DNA of 29,931 nt from Oligoflexus sp. (GTDB lineage: Bacteria > Bdellovibrionota_B > Oligoflexia > Oligoflexales > Oligoflexaceae): NCBI GenBank assembly GCA_041736305.1, contig JBGSTX010000204.1, positions 1 through 29,931 on the forward strand, in the 5' to 3' direction. Numbering within the stretch: position 1 is the first letter of the stretch; each line of letters begins with the position of its first letter. The position numbers and the translations under genes were made by a program. Below, piece by piece: positions 1 to 9,240 of the stretch. The notes under the pieces were generated by a model, which worked only from the letters and a program-made list of their open reading frames with translations, made no database searches and was not told the DNA's origin.

Positions 1-378
1 CGCAGTGAAGGGCTTGCTATCCTTCAATTCGACCTCAAAGTCGCCGCCGTCGTAGACATCAACGTCACCTTCGCCCATAGGGTCTTTCTGCAGACGGCTA
101 GGCGGCTCGGTCACGATGCGGAGACTGTGGGTGCTCGGACCCTCTATCGAGAGACGGCTTTTATAAATCGTAAAATTATCGCGCGTGCTGAGCCTCAAAC
201 CGATGAGGATCCGGCCGTCGGGCTCGGCTATCGCTTGTGCAGCGGTCCAAATAATGACATCGGCGGGGTGAATATCGACTTTGTTTTTCCCGGGCAAGTC
301 GAATTCCTGCCCGCGGCCAGGCGAAGTCGAAAGCATGAGACCGAGGGTCCAAAGGACGGCGATCCAAATCCGCAACAC
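1..378 (-). CDS. Partial gene (runs off the window start): exported protein resembling the DsbD N-terminal Ig-like domain (thiol:disulfide interchange protein)
   Basis: Not in the ORF track; translated by hand. AAAGGAG RBS, then GTG at 378: MLRIWIAVLWTLGLMLSTSPGRG (signal peptide)...FTIYKSRLSI...QKDPMGEGDVDVYDGG, open to base 1. The pattern resembles DsbD-N (Y.Y...I / K.D..G.V.VY). Confidence 0.5.
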   Translation of the reverse strand, partial: MLRIWIAVLWTLGLMLSTSPGRGQEFDLPGKNKVDIHPADVIIWTAAQAIAEPDGRILIGLRLSTRDNFTIYKSRLSIEGPSTHSLRIVTEPPSRLQKDPMGEGDVDVYDGGDFEVELKDSKPFTA

Positions 379-683
379 AGCTACTCCTTTTTTCAAAAAA
401 ACGGCAAGCAGCGGCAGAAACATCAGCAAAAGCTCACAAAGCCGCTCGGATGAGATTAATATCTTACTTTCTATGCGTATCGCCCGCCTTATTTCTCTCA
501 AGTGGGGATAGGTTATCCGGAAATTTAGATCCGTCTAGAGCTTTTTGACGTGTATTAATGGCGCTATACAGATAAAGTTTGCTTGACGAGTCAGGCCCTT
601 TTTCGTACTAGAAGGTTTCCTCAAAGGGGCCTAGGCTCCAGAGTCAAGAAGCAGAACAGAGCAACCAACGGTGGATATGTATT

Positions 684-1031
684 ATGGCGCAGCAAACCGT
701 GAAGACCAAATACCAGGAAAAGTTTCGCTTGAAGAAGGGCGACGACGTCGTTGTTCTCACGGGCAAATCTAAAGGCGGCGTGGGCAAAATCGACAAGGTC
801 GATTTCAAGAAGAACGCTGTCCTCGTCAGTGGACTGAACATCTTCAAGAAGCATGCGAAGCCTGGCGTCAACGGTGACGAAGGCGGCATCATCGAAAAAG
901 TTATGCCAATCCATATTAGCAACGTAGCTTTGGTCGACCCGAAGACTAAAAAAGCGACCCGCGTCGGCTACAAGTCCGAAAGCGGCAAGAAGACTCGCGT
1001 AGCGAAGTCTTCGAAAAGCGTCCTCAGCTAA
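684..1031 (+). CDS. rplX: 50S ribosomal protein L24
   Basis: KOW motif LKKGDDVVVLTGKSKG, followed by GLNIFKKH, GGIIEKVMPIHISNV and TRVGYK. Confidence 0.96.
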   Translation: MAQQTVKTKYQEKFRLKKGDDVVVLTGKSKGGVGKIDKVDFKKNAVLVSGLNIFKKHAKPGVNGDEGGIIEKVMPIHISNVALVDPKTKKATRVGYKSESGKKTRVAKSSKSVLS

Positions 1032-1053
1032 GAGACGCTGATTTTTGTCTAGG

Positions 1054-1096
1054 AAAGAGCCTGGCTCAGGAGACTAAATCTCTAGCCGGGCTTTTT
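1054..1096. terminator. Probable bidirectional intrinsic terminator between rplX and the convergent peroxidase gene
   Basis: Stem AGAGCCTGGCT...AGCCGGGCTTT, preceded by A residues and followed by a T-run. Confidence 0.7.
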
Positions 1097-2582
1097 ACTT
1101 CTTGTCATTCAATGCGCTGAGATCTTCAACCGGCGCGCTCAAACTTCGCAAAAATGCTTCGAGATCCTCAAGCTGCTCGGCTTCGAGACGCAGCGGCTTG
1201 AGACTTTCCTCGCGATGCCCGACAGCGGGCTCCTCGTCTAATCTGTTGTAGTAAGCCAGGACATCGGAAAGCTCAGCAAAGCGGCCGTCGTGCATATAGG
1301 GGGGCGTATTCGCTACGTTGCGAAGCGTGGGAGTCTTGAACGCTCCTACCATCTCTTGCAAGTCGGTGCGAATGTAAGGCAGTTCAGAACAGCTATCACT
1401 TATGCGCTGCTCATTAGAAGGGAAAGGCAGGGAAAGCAGTGCCGGTAAACCTTCGCAGTTCATGAGGTCGGCTTTCAGAGCTTGGATCCCTGCAACGCGA
1501 CCAAGATCCAACTGCGAGCCATGCTGGGGCAGACCAATATTGTGAAATTCTTGATCGGAAAAAGTAGGTCCGCTGTGACACGACGCGCAGCCTGACTCCA
1601 TGAAAGTCCGAAAGCCGCGCCAGTGCTGGCTTCTAAAGCCCTCTCCAAAAGCTTTTTCGGCAGGTGTAGACGCCGGGAGTTCCTGCCAGCGTTCGATAAA
1701 ACGATCGAAAGGCGAACGACGCGCAATCAGGCCACGCTCATACTGGGCAAGAGCCCAGGAATAGCGGGCAAAGATTCCATTGAGATCTTTTTGCTGCTGC
1801 TCGCTTAAAGCCGCAAAGGCCCTTGTGGCAGGTGTTTCAGCGGGATTTGGCCAGTAGGCGCGAGCCAAATGGCGCTGAGGTGCTTGGCGAGCGTCAGCAC
1901 CAGCCTGTATCCAGTTCACTTGCAGACTGCCATCACCGATAGTCGCTAGTGCGTAGTGAGCGATAGAAAGAGGTAGCTCAAAGGCCTTGGCTAGGGGCTG
2001 GGCTCGGAAGGCTTCGCTTTGCTTCAACTGCTCTAGGAGCGAGCTGGGAAAGGGTCCGAAGAGATCTTCATACGCGCTGCGATAGTAGCGAAACAGAGTC
2101 TGTGCGGAACGTCCACGATCGAAACCATGTTCGAGCACGGCCTCGAGAGGGCCCTGAACTTGGGCTGTGAGGGAGTCGGCTCGGCCATCCCAAAAAAACC
2201 AGTGTGCGGCAAAGCTGTTGACGAGGCTCGGCGTATGGCGTCGGGTGGGAGCGATTCCTATCGCGAGCGGACGGCCGTCGGTAAAGTCGCGGCCCGGCTG
2301 ATGACAGCTTGCACAGGCGATTTCTCCGGAATCCGAAAAGCGAGCATCGCTGAACAGTTGTCGCCCGAGATTGGCAGCTCGCCGCTCGCTCGCGCTGAAG
2401 GCAGGCTCATCTTTTAAGCGCAGGTTCCCTAGGAGAGAGCGAAGCTCTTCCTCAGAAAATGCGAGGGGAATATGGCGTTCGTCGCTTCCGAAGGGCAAGT
2501 TTGGCCCGATAAACCAGAAAAGCCCGATGAGGGCTAGTACGAGAAAGCTTGACGATGCGCGTCTCCCGGAAAGAAGAGACAT
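1095..2582 (-). CDS. Di-heme cytochrome c peroxidase / MauG-family protein, membrane-anchored or exported
   Basis: Two CASCH heme motifs; LGRQLFSD, FWDGRADSL, FHNIG, FKTPTLRNV, PYMHDG. Start placed at ATG 2582 (AAAAGGA RBS, followed by a hydrophobic segment) rather than 2759. Confidence 0.88.
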   Translation of the reverse strand: MSLLSGRRASSSFLVLALIGLFWFIGPNLPFGSDERHIPLAFSEEELRSLLGNLRLKDEPAFSASERRAANLGRQLFSDARFSDSGEIACASCHQPGRDFTDGRPLAIGIAPTRRHTPSLVNSFAAHWFFWDGRADSLTAQVQGPLEAVLEHGFDRGRSAQTLFRYYRSAYEDLFGPFPSSLLEQLKQSEAFRAQPLAKAFELPLSIAHYALATIGDGSLQVNWIQAGADARQAPQRHLARAYWPNPAETPATRAFAALSEQQQKDLNGIFARYSWALAQYERGLIARRSPFDRFIERWQELPASTPAEKAFGEGFRSQHWRGFRTFMESGCASCHSGPTFSDQEFHNIGLPQHGSQLDLGRVAGIQALKADLMNCEGLPALLSLPFPSNEQRISDSCSELPYIRTDLQEMVGAFKTPTLRNVANTPPYMHDGRFAELSDVLAYYNRLDEEPAVGHREESLKPLRLEAEQLEDLEAFLRSLSAPVEDLSALNDKK

Positions 2583-2812
2583 AAGGGTTGTTTCCTTTTT
2601 AATCACGCCAATCGCGGCTGGGGGCAGCCTAGCACTCAGTCGGCTGGTGAGCAAGTCGCTTGGAACCAGGTCTGGGGTTCGCACAGCGCCGATGCGCATT
2701 GCCCTTCTGTCACCATGGTGCAGATAAAAATCAAATTCGTTCTGCAGTTCGTGGTTCACATTGCAGAAAATTTGTAGTTAATATAACAACTCTCCGTCAA
2801 TCCTAGCGGTGA

Positions 2813-2844
2813 CACATCGGGTCGTCATTGCTCACATCGTGTCG
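2813..2844 (+). promoter_or_regulatory. Direct repeat CACATCG(G/T)GTCG x2, candidate transcription-factor site upstream of the cox operon
   Basis: 2813-2824 CACATCGGGTCG and 2833-2844 CACATCGTGTCG are 11/12 identical with a 20-bp period. Confidence 0.4.
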
Positions 2845-2873
2845 AATCACTTTGCGTGGAGTTTTACTGGCTC

Positions 2874-3941
2874 ATGGTTTCTCTCGTTAGGGTGTTCAAA
2901 GTAGCTTTATTTTTTATCCTTTCCCTAGGGTTCACGGCATGCTTTGAAAAGTTGCCGATGTCGACGGCTCACGTAGTCACGGAATGGGGGCACGAGATCA
3001 ATCACGTGTATCTCATCACGACCGTGATCACTTGCTTAATTTTCGTCGCAGTGGCAGTTCCGTTCTGCTATGCGCTTTGGAAGTTCCGTGAGAAGCCAGG
3101 CGACACCCGCATCCCCGTCCAGGTTCGCGGCAATCATAAGCTCGAGATTCTCTGGACTCTGATTCCTGTCGTGCTGCTCATCTTCATTTTTCTCCCCTCG
3201 CTCGAAATCATTATGAAGCGCGGTGCTGAGCCTCCTGCAGGAACGTTTACGATCGAAGTAATCGGTCACCAGTGGTGGTGGGAGTTCCGTTATCCGGACC
3301 TCGGGATCGTCACAGCCAATGAGCTCTACGTCCCTGAGAAGACGCCTATCCTTCTCAAGCTGAAGTCTGCTGACGTCATCCACGCTTTCTGGATACCGCG
3401 TTGGGGTGGTAAGATGGACATGCTTCCAGGCGTGACCAACTTATTGACCTATACGACGCCTGCGGTAGAGGATCCGATTCGCGGTGACTACTACCAAGGT
3501 CATTGTACAGAACTCTGTGGTCTCTCCCACGCTCGCATGCGCTACGAAGCCATCGTCTTGCCGAAAGAACGCTTCGATCAGTGGGCTAAGACAGCCATGA
3601 ATCCTCCACTCGTCGCTTCTGCTTTGGAAAAGAAGGGGCAAGAGTTGTTCATGACCAAGACTTGCTTCACTTGCCACGCGATCGCTGGTACCACGGCGAA
3701 AGGTCAGATAGGCCCCGATCTCACCAACTTCGGCAACCGCCGTATGCTGGCTTCTGGGACCTTGCATAATGACACCAAAGGTTTTCATAACTGGCTGCGG
3801 GACTCTGTCGATTCAAAGCCCGACTATCAGAACGTCAAACCGGGCAGCTTGATGGTGTTCGCGGAAAACTTCGTCCTTACCGACGAAGATATCAAGGCGC
3901 TGCAGGCTTACCTGCAGCACTCGACCGCCAAGACTTTTTAA
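2874..3941 (+). CDS. coxB: Cytochrome c oxidase subunit II with fused cytochrome c (caa3 type), probable lipoprotein
   Basis: Lipobox-like LGFTAC, GHQWWW, CuA ligands DVIH and CTELCGLSHARM, C-terminal CFTCH. Start is either GTG 2856 or ATG 2874. Confidence 0.95.
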   Translation: MVSLVRVFKVALFFILSLGFTACFEKLPMSTAHVVTEWGHEINHVYLITTVITCLIFVAVAVPFCYALWKFREKPGDTRIPVQVRGNHKLEILWTLIPVVLLIFIFLPSLEIIMKRGAEPPAGTFTIEVIGHQWWWEFRYPDLGIVTANELYVPEKTPILLKLKSADVIHAFWIPRWGGKMDMLPGVTNLLTYTTPAVEDPIRGDYYQGHCTELCGLSHARMRYEAIVLPKERFDQWAKTAMNPPLVASALEKKGQELFMTKTCFTCHAIAGTTAKGQIGPDLTNFGNRRMLASGTLHNDTKGFHNWLRDSVDSKPDYQNVKPGSLMVFAENFVLTDEDIKALQAYLQHSTAKTF

Positions 3942-3981
3942 TCGAACGACGGACTATCCCTTCAGGAGGTAATGTTTTTGT

Positions 3982-5790
3982 ATGAGTAATCACAGCGCAC
4001 CCAACACTGGGTTATGGGGCTGGATCACGACGGTAGATCACAAGAAGATCGCCATTCTCTATGCGCTTTCGTCGTTGTTTTTCTTTTTTCTAGGCGGCGT
4101 CGAAGCGATGATCATGCGTACGCAGCTGATCATTCCCAACAATGATTTCGTGACGGCACGGACTTTTAACTCGATGGTAACGATGCACGGTACGACGATG
4201 ATCTTCCTCGTCGTCATGCCTCTCTCATCGGCGTTCTTCAACTTTCTGATACCGATTATGATCGGTGCTCGCGATGTAGCCTTCCCCCGGCTTAACGCGC
4301 TGAGTTTCTGGATTTTCTTTTTTGGAGGTATCCTGCTCAATGCCGGTTACTTCATCAACGAAGTGCCGCGTCAGGGCTGGTTCGGCTACGCTAACCTCAC
4401 TGACCGGCAGTATACCCCGGATCTTTCGGTGGACTTTTGGGCGATGGGTTTGCAGGTAGTCGGTCTCGCTTCGCTCATTGCCTCGATTAACTTTTTCGTC
4501 ACAATTATGAACATGCGTTGCAAGGGGATGACTCTTCTCAAGATGCCCATGTTTGTCTGGACTTCACTTGTTACCCAGGTCTTGCTCTTCCTCGCTCTGC
4601 CCGTCATTACCGTCGCTCTCGTGATGATCACCTTCGATCGGCACTTCGGAACTGGCTTCTTCAATCCAGGTGCTGGTGGTTCGGTTATCCTTTGGCAGCA
4701 CCTTTTCTGGGTCTTCGGCCATCCAGAAGTTTATATCCTCATCCTGCCAGCGATGGGTATCGTGTCCGAAATTCTGCCGACGTTTTCTAAAAAACCGCTC
4801 TTCGGCTATTCAGTCATGGTCTATTCGAGCTGTGCGATCGGCTTCCTCGGCTTTGCTGTCTGGGCTCACCACATGTTCACGACTGGTCTTGGACCCTGGG
4901 CGACCACCTTCTTTACGGCGGCGACTATGCTCATCGCTGTCCCTACCGGTGTCAAAATCTTTAACTGGATATCGACGGTCTGGGGTGGACGCATCCATTT
5001 CAACACCGCTTCGCTTTTCGGACTGAGCTTCGTTGCGATGTTCACCTTCGGCGGTCTCTCGGGGATCATGCACTCCTCAGCCCCTATCGATACGCAGCAT
5101 CAAGACACCTATTTCGTCGTCGCCCACTTTCACTATGTTCTCTACGGCGGAGCTGTGATGGGTCTTTTCGGTGGAGTTTTCTATTGGTTTCCCAAAGTCA
5201 CGGGACGTTTTCTGCACGAAGGAATGGGCAAGGTTCAGTTCTGGCTATTCATGATCGGCTTTAACGTGACCTTCTTCCCGATGCACTTCCTCGGTGTTCA
5301 AGGTATGCCTCGGCGTAACTACACCTATGCGGCGGATCAGGGTTGGGACCTGTGGAATCTCGTGGCCACTCTCGGTGCCTATACTACGGCCATCGGTGGA
5401 CTCCTCTTCTTTTACAACCTCTTTTACAGCATCAAACGCGGTGCTTTGGCTCCGGCGGATCCTTGGGATGGTCGTACCCTCGAGTGGACGATTCCTTCAC
5501 CTCCTCCTGAGTACAACTTCGGCATCGAACCCGTAGTGAAGAATCTCGACGATTTCTGGCATCAAAAATACGACGAGCAGGGTCAGCGCCTGAGCCTGCC
5601 GGCCAAGGCTTCCTATGACCCGCATTCGATTCACTTGCCGAATCCTTCCTACTGGCCTATCTGCTTGGCTGCGGGATTGACTTTGGGAGCCGCAGGCTTC
5701 TTTATCAAAGGTTTTGGACTTTATGTGAGTCTGCTGGGCGTGGCTATCGTTCTGATAAGCTCGTACGGTTGGGCCTATGAAGAAGCATAA
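3982..5790 (+). CDS. coxA: Cytochrome c oxidase subunit I (A1 type)
   Basis: TMHGT, WVFGHPEVY, WAHH, VVAHFHYV and GMPRR motifs; extra C-terminal helices as in caa3 enzymes; AGGAGG RBS. Confidence 0.98.
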   Translation: MSNHSAPNTGLWGWITTVDHKKIAILYALSSLFFFFLGGVEAMIMRTQLIIPNNDFVTARTFNSMVTMHGTTMIFLVVMPLSSAFFNFLIPIMIGARDVAFPRLNALSFWIFFFGGILLNAGYFINEVPRQGWFGYANLTDRQYTPDLSVDFWAMGLQVVGLASLIASINFFVTIMNMRCKGMTLLKMPMFVWTSLVTQVLLFLALPVITVALVMITFDRHFGTGFFNPGAGGSVILWQHLFWVFGHPEVYILILPAMGIVSEILPTFSKKPLFGYSVMVYSSCAIGFLGFAVWAHHMFTTGLGPWATTFFTAATMLIAVPTGVKIFNWISTVWGGRIHFNTASLFGLSFVAMFTFGGLSGIMHSSAPIDTQHQDTYFVVAHFHYVLYGGAVMGLFGGVFYWFPKVTGRFLHEGMGKVQFWLFMIGFNVTFFPMHFLGVQGMPRRNYTYAADQGWDLWNLVATLGAYTTAIGGLLFFYNLFYSIKRGALAPADPWDGRTLEWTIPSPPPEYNFGIEPVVKNLDDFWHQKYDEQGQRLSLPAKASYDPHSIHLPNPSYWPICLAAGLTLGAAGFFIKGFGLYVSLLGVAIVLISSYGWAYEEA

Positions 5791-5808
5791 GAGGAGGGGG
5801 CTAGTAGG

Positions 5809-6390
5809 ATGAGCGCGCATCTCGAGACCAATACGGGCGTTGATAACCGTAAGTTTGCTATGTGGACCTTGATCGGTTCGGAGTGCTTTCTCTTTGGCAC
5901 TCTGATCGTCAACTATATGATCAACCGCAACCGTGGGCTGGCTGGTCCGACGGGTCCTGAGATCTTCAACATCGACCTCACCACTCTTTCGACTTTCGAC
6001 CTGCTCATGAGTTCGGTGGCGATGGCCCTTGCGGTGTTTTACTGCAAGCAAAAACGGCTCCGCGCCATGCAGATCAGTCTCGCGACGGTCGTGATCTTCG
6101 GTCTCTTTTTTCTCGGCTTCCAATACTACGAGTTCAACCACTTCGTTAATGAGGGCTTGTCCCTCGGCACCAATATTTTTGGTTCCTCTTTTTACCTGCT
6201 GACAGGTTGTCACGGCATTCACGTTGCCATCGGTGTTATGATCATCAGTACCTTACTGATCCAATCGCTCATCAAGGGGGAAAGTTGGTTCAACGATGAT
6301 GTGGTCGAGATCTGTGGCCTTTACTGGCACTTTGTTGATGTTATCTGGATCATTATTTTTACAGTCGTTTTACTTTTAGTTTTGATCTAG
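5809..6390 (+). CDS. coxC: Cytochrome c oxidase subunit III
   Basis: SECFLFG, TGCHGIHV and LYWHFVDVIW motifs; operon position. Confidence 0.96.
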   Translation: MSAHLETNTGVDNRKFAMWTLIGSECFLFGTLIVNYMINRNRGLAGPTGPEIFNIDLTTLSTFDLLMSSVAMALAVFYCKQKRLRAMQISLATVVIFGLFFLGFQYYEFNHFVNEGLSLGTNIFGSSFYLLTGCHGIHVAIGVMIISTLLIQSLIKGESWFNDDVVEICGLYWHFVDVIWIIIFTVVLLLVLI

Positions 6391-6402
6391 GAGCAAGAGA
6401 TC

Positions 6403-6699
6403 ATGGCCCACGAAGAGCACAGTGCTCATGCAACCGTCTCACTCTACTGGATTTTCTGTGTGATCCTCGGGATCATCACGGCCTTAGAGTGGGCTATTTT
6501 CAAGTATAAAGACCCCTGGGGAGTCAGTAATTTCGCCCTCATTACATCTCTGAGTGTGATGTCGGTCGTGAAGTTCATCATGGTCGTCGGCTGGTACATG
6601 CATTTGCGCTACGACCCGAAGATGATTAAGTTCGTCTTCATCTTCTCATTTTTGATGATCAGCGGAACGGCAGCTGGCCTGCTTATGCTTATGGCCTGA
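6403..6699 (+). CDS. Cytochrome c oxidase subunit IV
   Basis: Three TM helices, KFIMVVGWYMHLRYD motif; follows coxC. Confidence 0.88.
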   Translation: MAHEEHSAHATVSLYWIFCVILGIITALEWAIFKYKDPWGVSNFALITSLSVMSVVKFIMVVGWYMHLRYDPKMIKFVFIFSFLMISGTAAGLLMLMA

Positions 6700-6769
6700 G
6701 CTTGAATCCAGCGTGAAATAAGGCTAAGGTGTGGACCTCGCGTCTTTTTGATGAGTCGAGGTTTTACCT

Positions 6770-7672
6770 ATGCCTAGCCTTTACGCCCATGCGCTCTACG
6801 ACAGACTTCCCAACGATCTCTTCGTCTTCAAGTGGGATTTCGATCCAACGCTTTTTTTCTTCGTATTCATGCTCATCTTTTACATCCGCGGTTACCGTCG
6901 ATTCAAACGCAAGCCCGTCAAGCCTTGGCAGCTGCTATGCTTTGGTTTGGGCGTTAGCCTTTGTATACTTGGTCTGATGCCGCCAGTTGACCCGCTTTCC
7001 GATCAGCTCTTCTGGGCCCACATGATTCAGCATATGATGATCGCCCATTTGGGTGTTCCTCTAATGCTCTTCGGCATTCCGTTTTTCGTCGTCTTGCGGG
7101 GCATTCCCAATTGGGCCAGACGCTATATATATTTTCCGCTCTTGCGTAGTCGGGTCTTTGAGTTTCTAGGCAAGACCATAGCTCGCCCGCTGCCTTCTCT
7201 GATCTTTTTCGAAGCATCCTTTTGGTTCTGGCATATTCCACGCTTTTACAATCTAGCTCTGCTGAACGATTTTTTTCATATCCTTGAACACGCAAACTTC
7301 GCCTTGGCAGCTATGCTTCTGTGGCGTAATATTATCGATCCGCATCCCATGCGTTCCCCTCTTCCGCTTCCTGCCCGCATGCTCTTTTTGGCTGCGATGG
7401 AAGCTTCAGGCATCATCCTCAGCGCGATTCTGACTTTTTCAGATGATATCCTCTATGCTTACGAGGGTATTCCGATGCCTGCTTGGTGGGCGCATTGGGG
7501 CCATCTTCAGGATCAACGCCTCGGCGGGCTGATCATGTGGGTTCCCGGTGGTTTTATCAATCTGATGGCTCTCACTGCTGTATTTTTCGTCTGGGTGCAG
7601 AGGGAAGAGAAGAAAGATAAGAAGCTCAAAGAAGCCGAAGCACAGACCTTGCGACCGCTCAGTGTTTCCTGA
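6770..7672 (+). CDS. ctaG: Cytochrome c oxidase assembly factor, caa3-type CtaG
   Basis: AHMIQHM, WFWHIP, HILEH and DQRLGGLIMWVPG motifs. Confidence 0.9.
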   Translation: MPSLYAHALYDRLPNDLFVFKWDFDPTLFFFVFMLIFYIRGYRRFKRKPVKPWQLLCFGLGVSLCILGLMPPVDPLSDQLFWAHMIQHMMIAHLGVPLMLFGIPFFVVLRGIPNWARRYIYFPLLRSRVFEFLGKTIARPLPSLIFFEASFWFWHIPRFYNLALLNDFFHILEHANFALAAMLLWRNIIDPHPMRSPLPLPARMLFLAAMEASGIILSAILTFSDDILYAYEGIPMPAWWAHWGHLQDQRLGGLIMWVPGGFINLMALTAVFFVWVQREEKKDKKLKEAEAQTLRPLSVS

Positions 7673-7693
7673 ATGTTTTTTGAAGCTTTGCGA

Positions 7694-7722
7694 TTGACAG
7701 GCGCGAAGCTTTACCTTAATTT
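7694..7722 (+). promoter_or_regulatory. Sigma70-type promoter for tRNA-Asp
   Basis: TTGACA (7694-7699), 17-nt spacer, TAATTT (7717-7722). Confidence 0.65.
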
Positions 7723-7736
7723 CAGGTTTCTCTAGC

Positions 7737-7813
<77 letters not shown>

Positions 7814-7828
7814 CTCTCAAGCCGAAAT

Positions 7829-7868
7829 GCTGAAACTTCAGGAATACCTGGGTTTCAGCTTTTTTTTT
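7829..7868 (+). terminator. Intrinsic terminator after the tRNA
   Basis: Stem GCTGAAAC...GTTTCAGC followed by T9. Confidence 0.85.
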
Positions 7869-7896
7869 ATCAGCTTTGTCGCTGGAGTAGAATTTG

Positions 7897-9093
7897 ATGA
7901 CGAAGGCAATCAATCAGAACTACTCGACAGCAATCGTCGGCAGCGGACCTGCAGGTTTGATGGCTGCGGAGGTTATTTCTGCAGCCGGTTTGTCCGTTAG
8001 CATTTTTGAAAAGCGCAAAGGTCCTTCCTGGAAACTTTACATCGCCGGTAGTTCAGGTCTCAATATTACCAACAGTCTTCCCACCGATGAGATGCTTCGC
8101 TACTACAGCGGACCAGAGGAACTTTGGCGATCGATTCTAGAAAACTTTACGCCTCGCGATTGGCTGCGCTTTATAGAAGAAGATCTAGGAATAGGCACCT
8201 TTCTCGGAACTAGTCAGCGCTATTTCGTTGAGACCATGCATGCGGCCCTTCTCGTCAGACAGTGGCGTCGTCGTCTCGAAAGCCGCGGGGTGATGTTTTT
8301 ATTCGATCATGAATGGCAAGGATTGGAACGAAATTCCGAGGGCCAGTGGCATTTGAATTTCCGAGGGCAAGCTTCACAGAAATGTGCGGCCTTGGGACTC
8401 TGTTTAGGAGGGGCTAGCTGGGAAAGCGAAGCCGTGGCTTGGCCAGAGGTTTTGGCAGCCAAGGACATCCGCTGCGTTCCTTTCACAGCGGCGAATACTG
8501 GCTTCGAAGTAGAGTGGCCGGCAGCCTTAAAAATCGAAGCCGAAGGTCTGCCCCTCAAAAACATCGAGCTAAAGACTAGTCTCGGTAAAAAGCGAGGCGA
8601 CCTCATCATCACTTCTTATGGGCTCGAAGGCACTCCTATCTACTTCTATGGAACACCAGGTCGAGCGACAATAGATCTCAAACCTGATCTCGAGCCGGCG
8701 GCATTGCTGGCGAAATTGAGCAAGAGCCGCGAAAACCTATCTCTGCTGCGACGCGCACAGAAAGTTTTGAATCTTTCACCCGCCTCCCGCGCGCTACTCT
8801 TTCATCTGCTCCCTCCTCATGCACGAGACGATATCAACGCGTTCGTCGCGCACCTTAAGGCCCTACCACTGGAGCTTCGCGGACCACGCCCGCTCAGCGA
8901 ATCCATTTCTTCGCGAGGTGGCGTAGCCTGGACCGAAGTCGATCCGAGTCTGATGCTGCGCAAGTGTCCATCCGTATTTCTTGCGGGTGAAATGCTCGAC
9001 TGGGAAGCTCCGACGGGTGGGTTTTTGATTCAGGGCTGCGTGTCTCAGGGCCGTTGGATGGGTCAAGAGATCGTCCGCTCGCTCGCGCGATAA
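7897..9093 (+). CDS. NAD(P)/FAD-dependent oxidoreductase, HI0933/BaiN family
   Basis: GSGPAGLMAAE, AGSSGLNITN, GLEGTPIY, SRGGV and AGEMLDWEAPTGGFLIQ motifs. Confidence 0.9.
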   Translation: MTKAINQNYSTAIVGSGPAGLMAAEVISAAGLSVSIFEKRKGPSWKLYIAGSSGLNITNSLPTDEMLRYYSGPEELWRSILENFTPRDWLRFIEEDLGIGTFLGTSQRYFVETMHAALLVRQWRRRLESRGVMFLFDHEWQGLERNSEGQWHLNFRGQASQKCAALGLCLGGASWESEAVAWPEVLAAKDIRCVPFTAANTGFEVEWPAALKIEAEGLPLKNIELKTSLGKKRGDLIITSYGLEGTPIYFYGTPGRATIDLKPDLEPAALLAKLSKSRENLSLLRRAQKVLNLSPASRALLFHLLPPHARDDINAFVAHLKALPLELRGPRPLSESISSRGGVAWTEVDPSLMLRKCPSVFLAGEMLDWEAPTGGFLIQGCVSQGRWMGQEIVRSLAR

Positions 9094-9240
9094 GGACGGC
9101 AACTGTCACCACGTATACACATTCTCAAAGCTTCTTAGGCGCGCCGTTTCAGGGGAAGGTTTTTCCCAATTGCGCTAAGGGAGAGGCTTTCCTATAAGGT
9201 GTGCAGAGTACCTAAGAGTTAGAATTTAGAAGAGGTCCAC

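Noticed and set aside
127..453. 108-aa plus-strand ORF, and the many other ORFs overlapping real genes (e.g. 5497-6222, 11514-11990, 13597-14508, 18676-19107)
   Set aside because: Antisense or alternate-frame shadows of well-supported genes, with no motifs of their own.
545..558. FNR-like box TTGAC-GTGT-ATTAA upstream of rplX
   Set aside because: An 8/10 match in an AT-rich spacer can arise by chance, and TTGACG may simply be a -35 element.
2629..2655. CIRCE-like CTAGCACTC-N9-GTGAGCAAG
   Set aside because: The right arm matches only 5/9 and the site is not upstream of a heat-shock gene.
6094..6102. Match of the omegaRNA guide (ATCTTCGGT) within coxC
   Set aside because: Only 9 nt with no adjacent ATGA-like motif; expected by chance.
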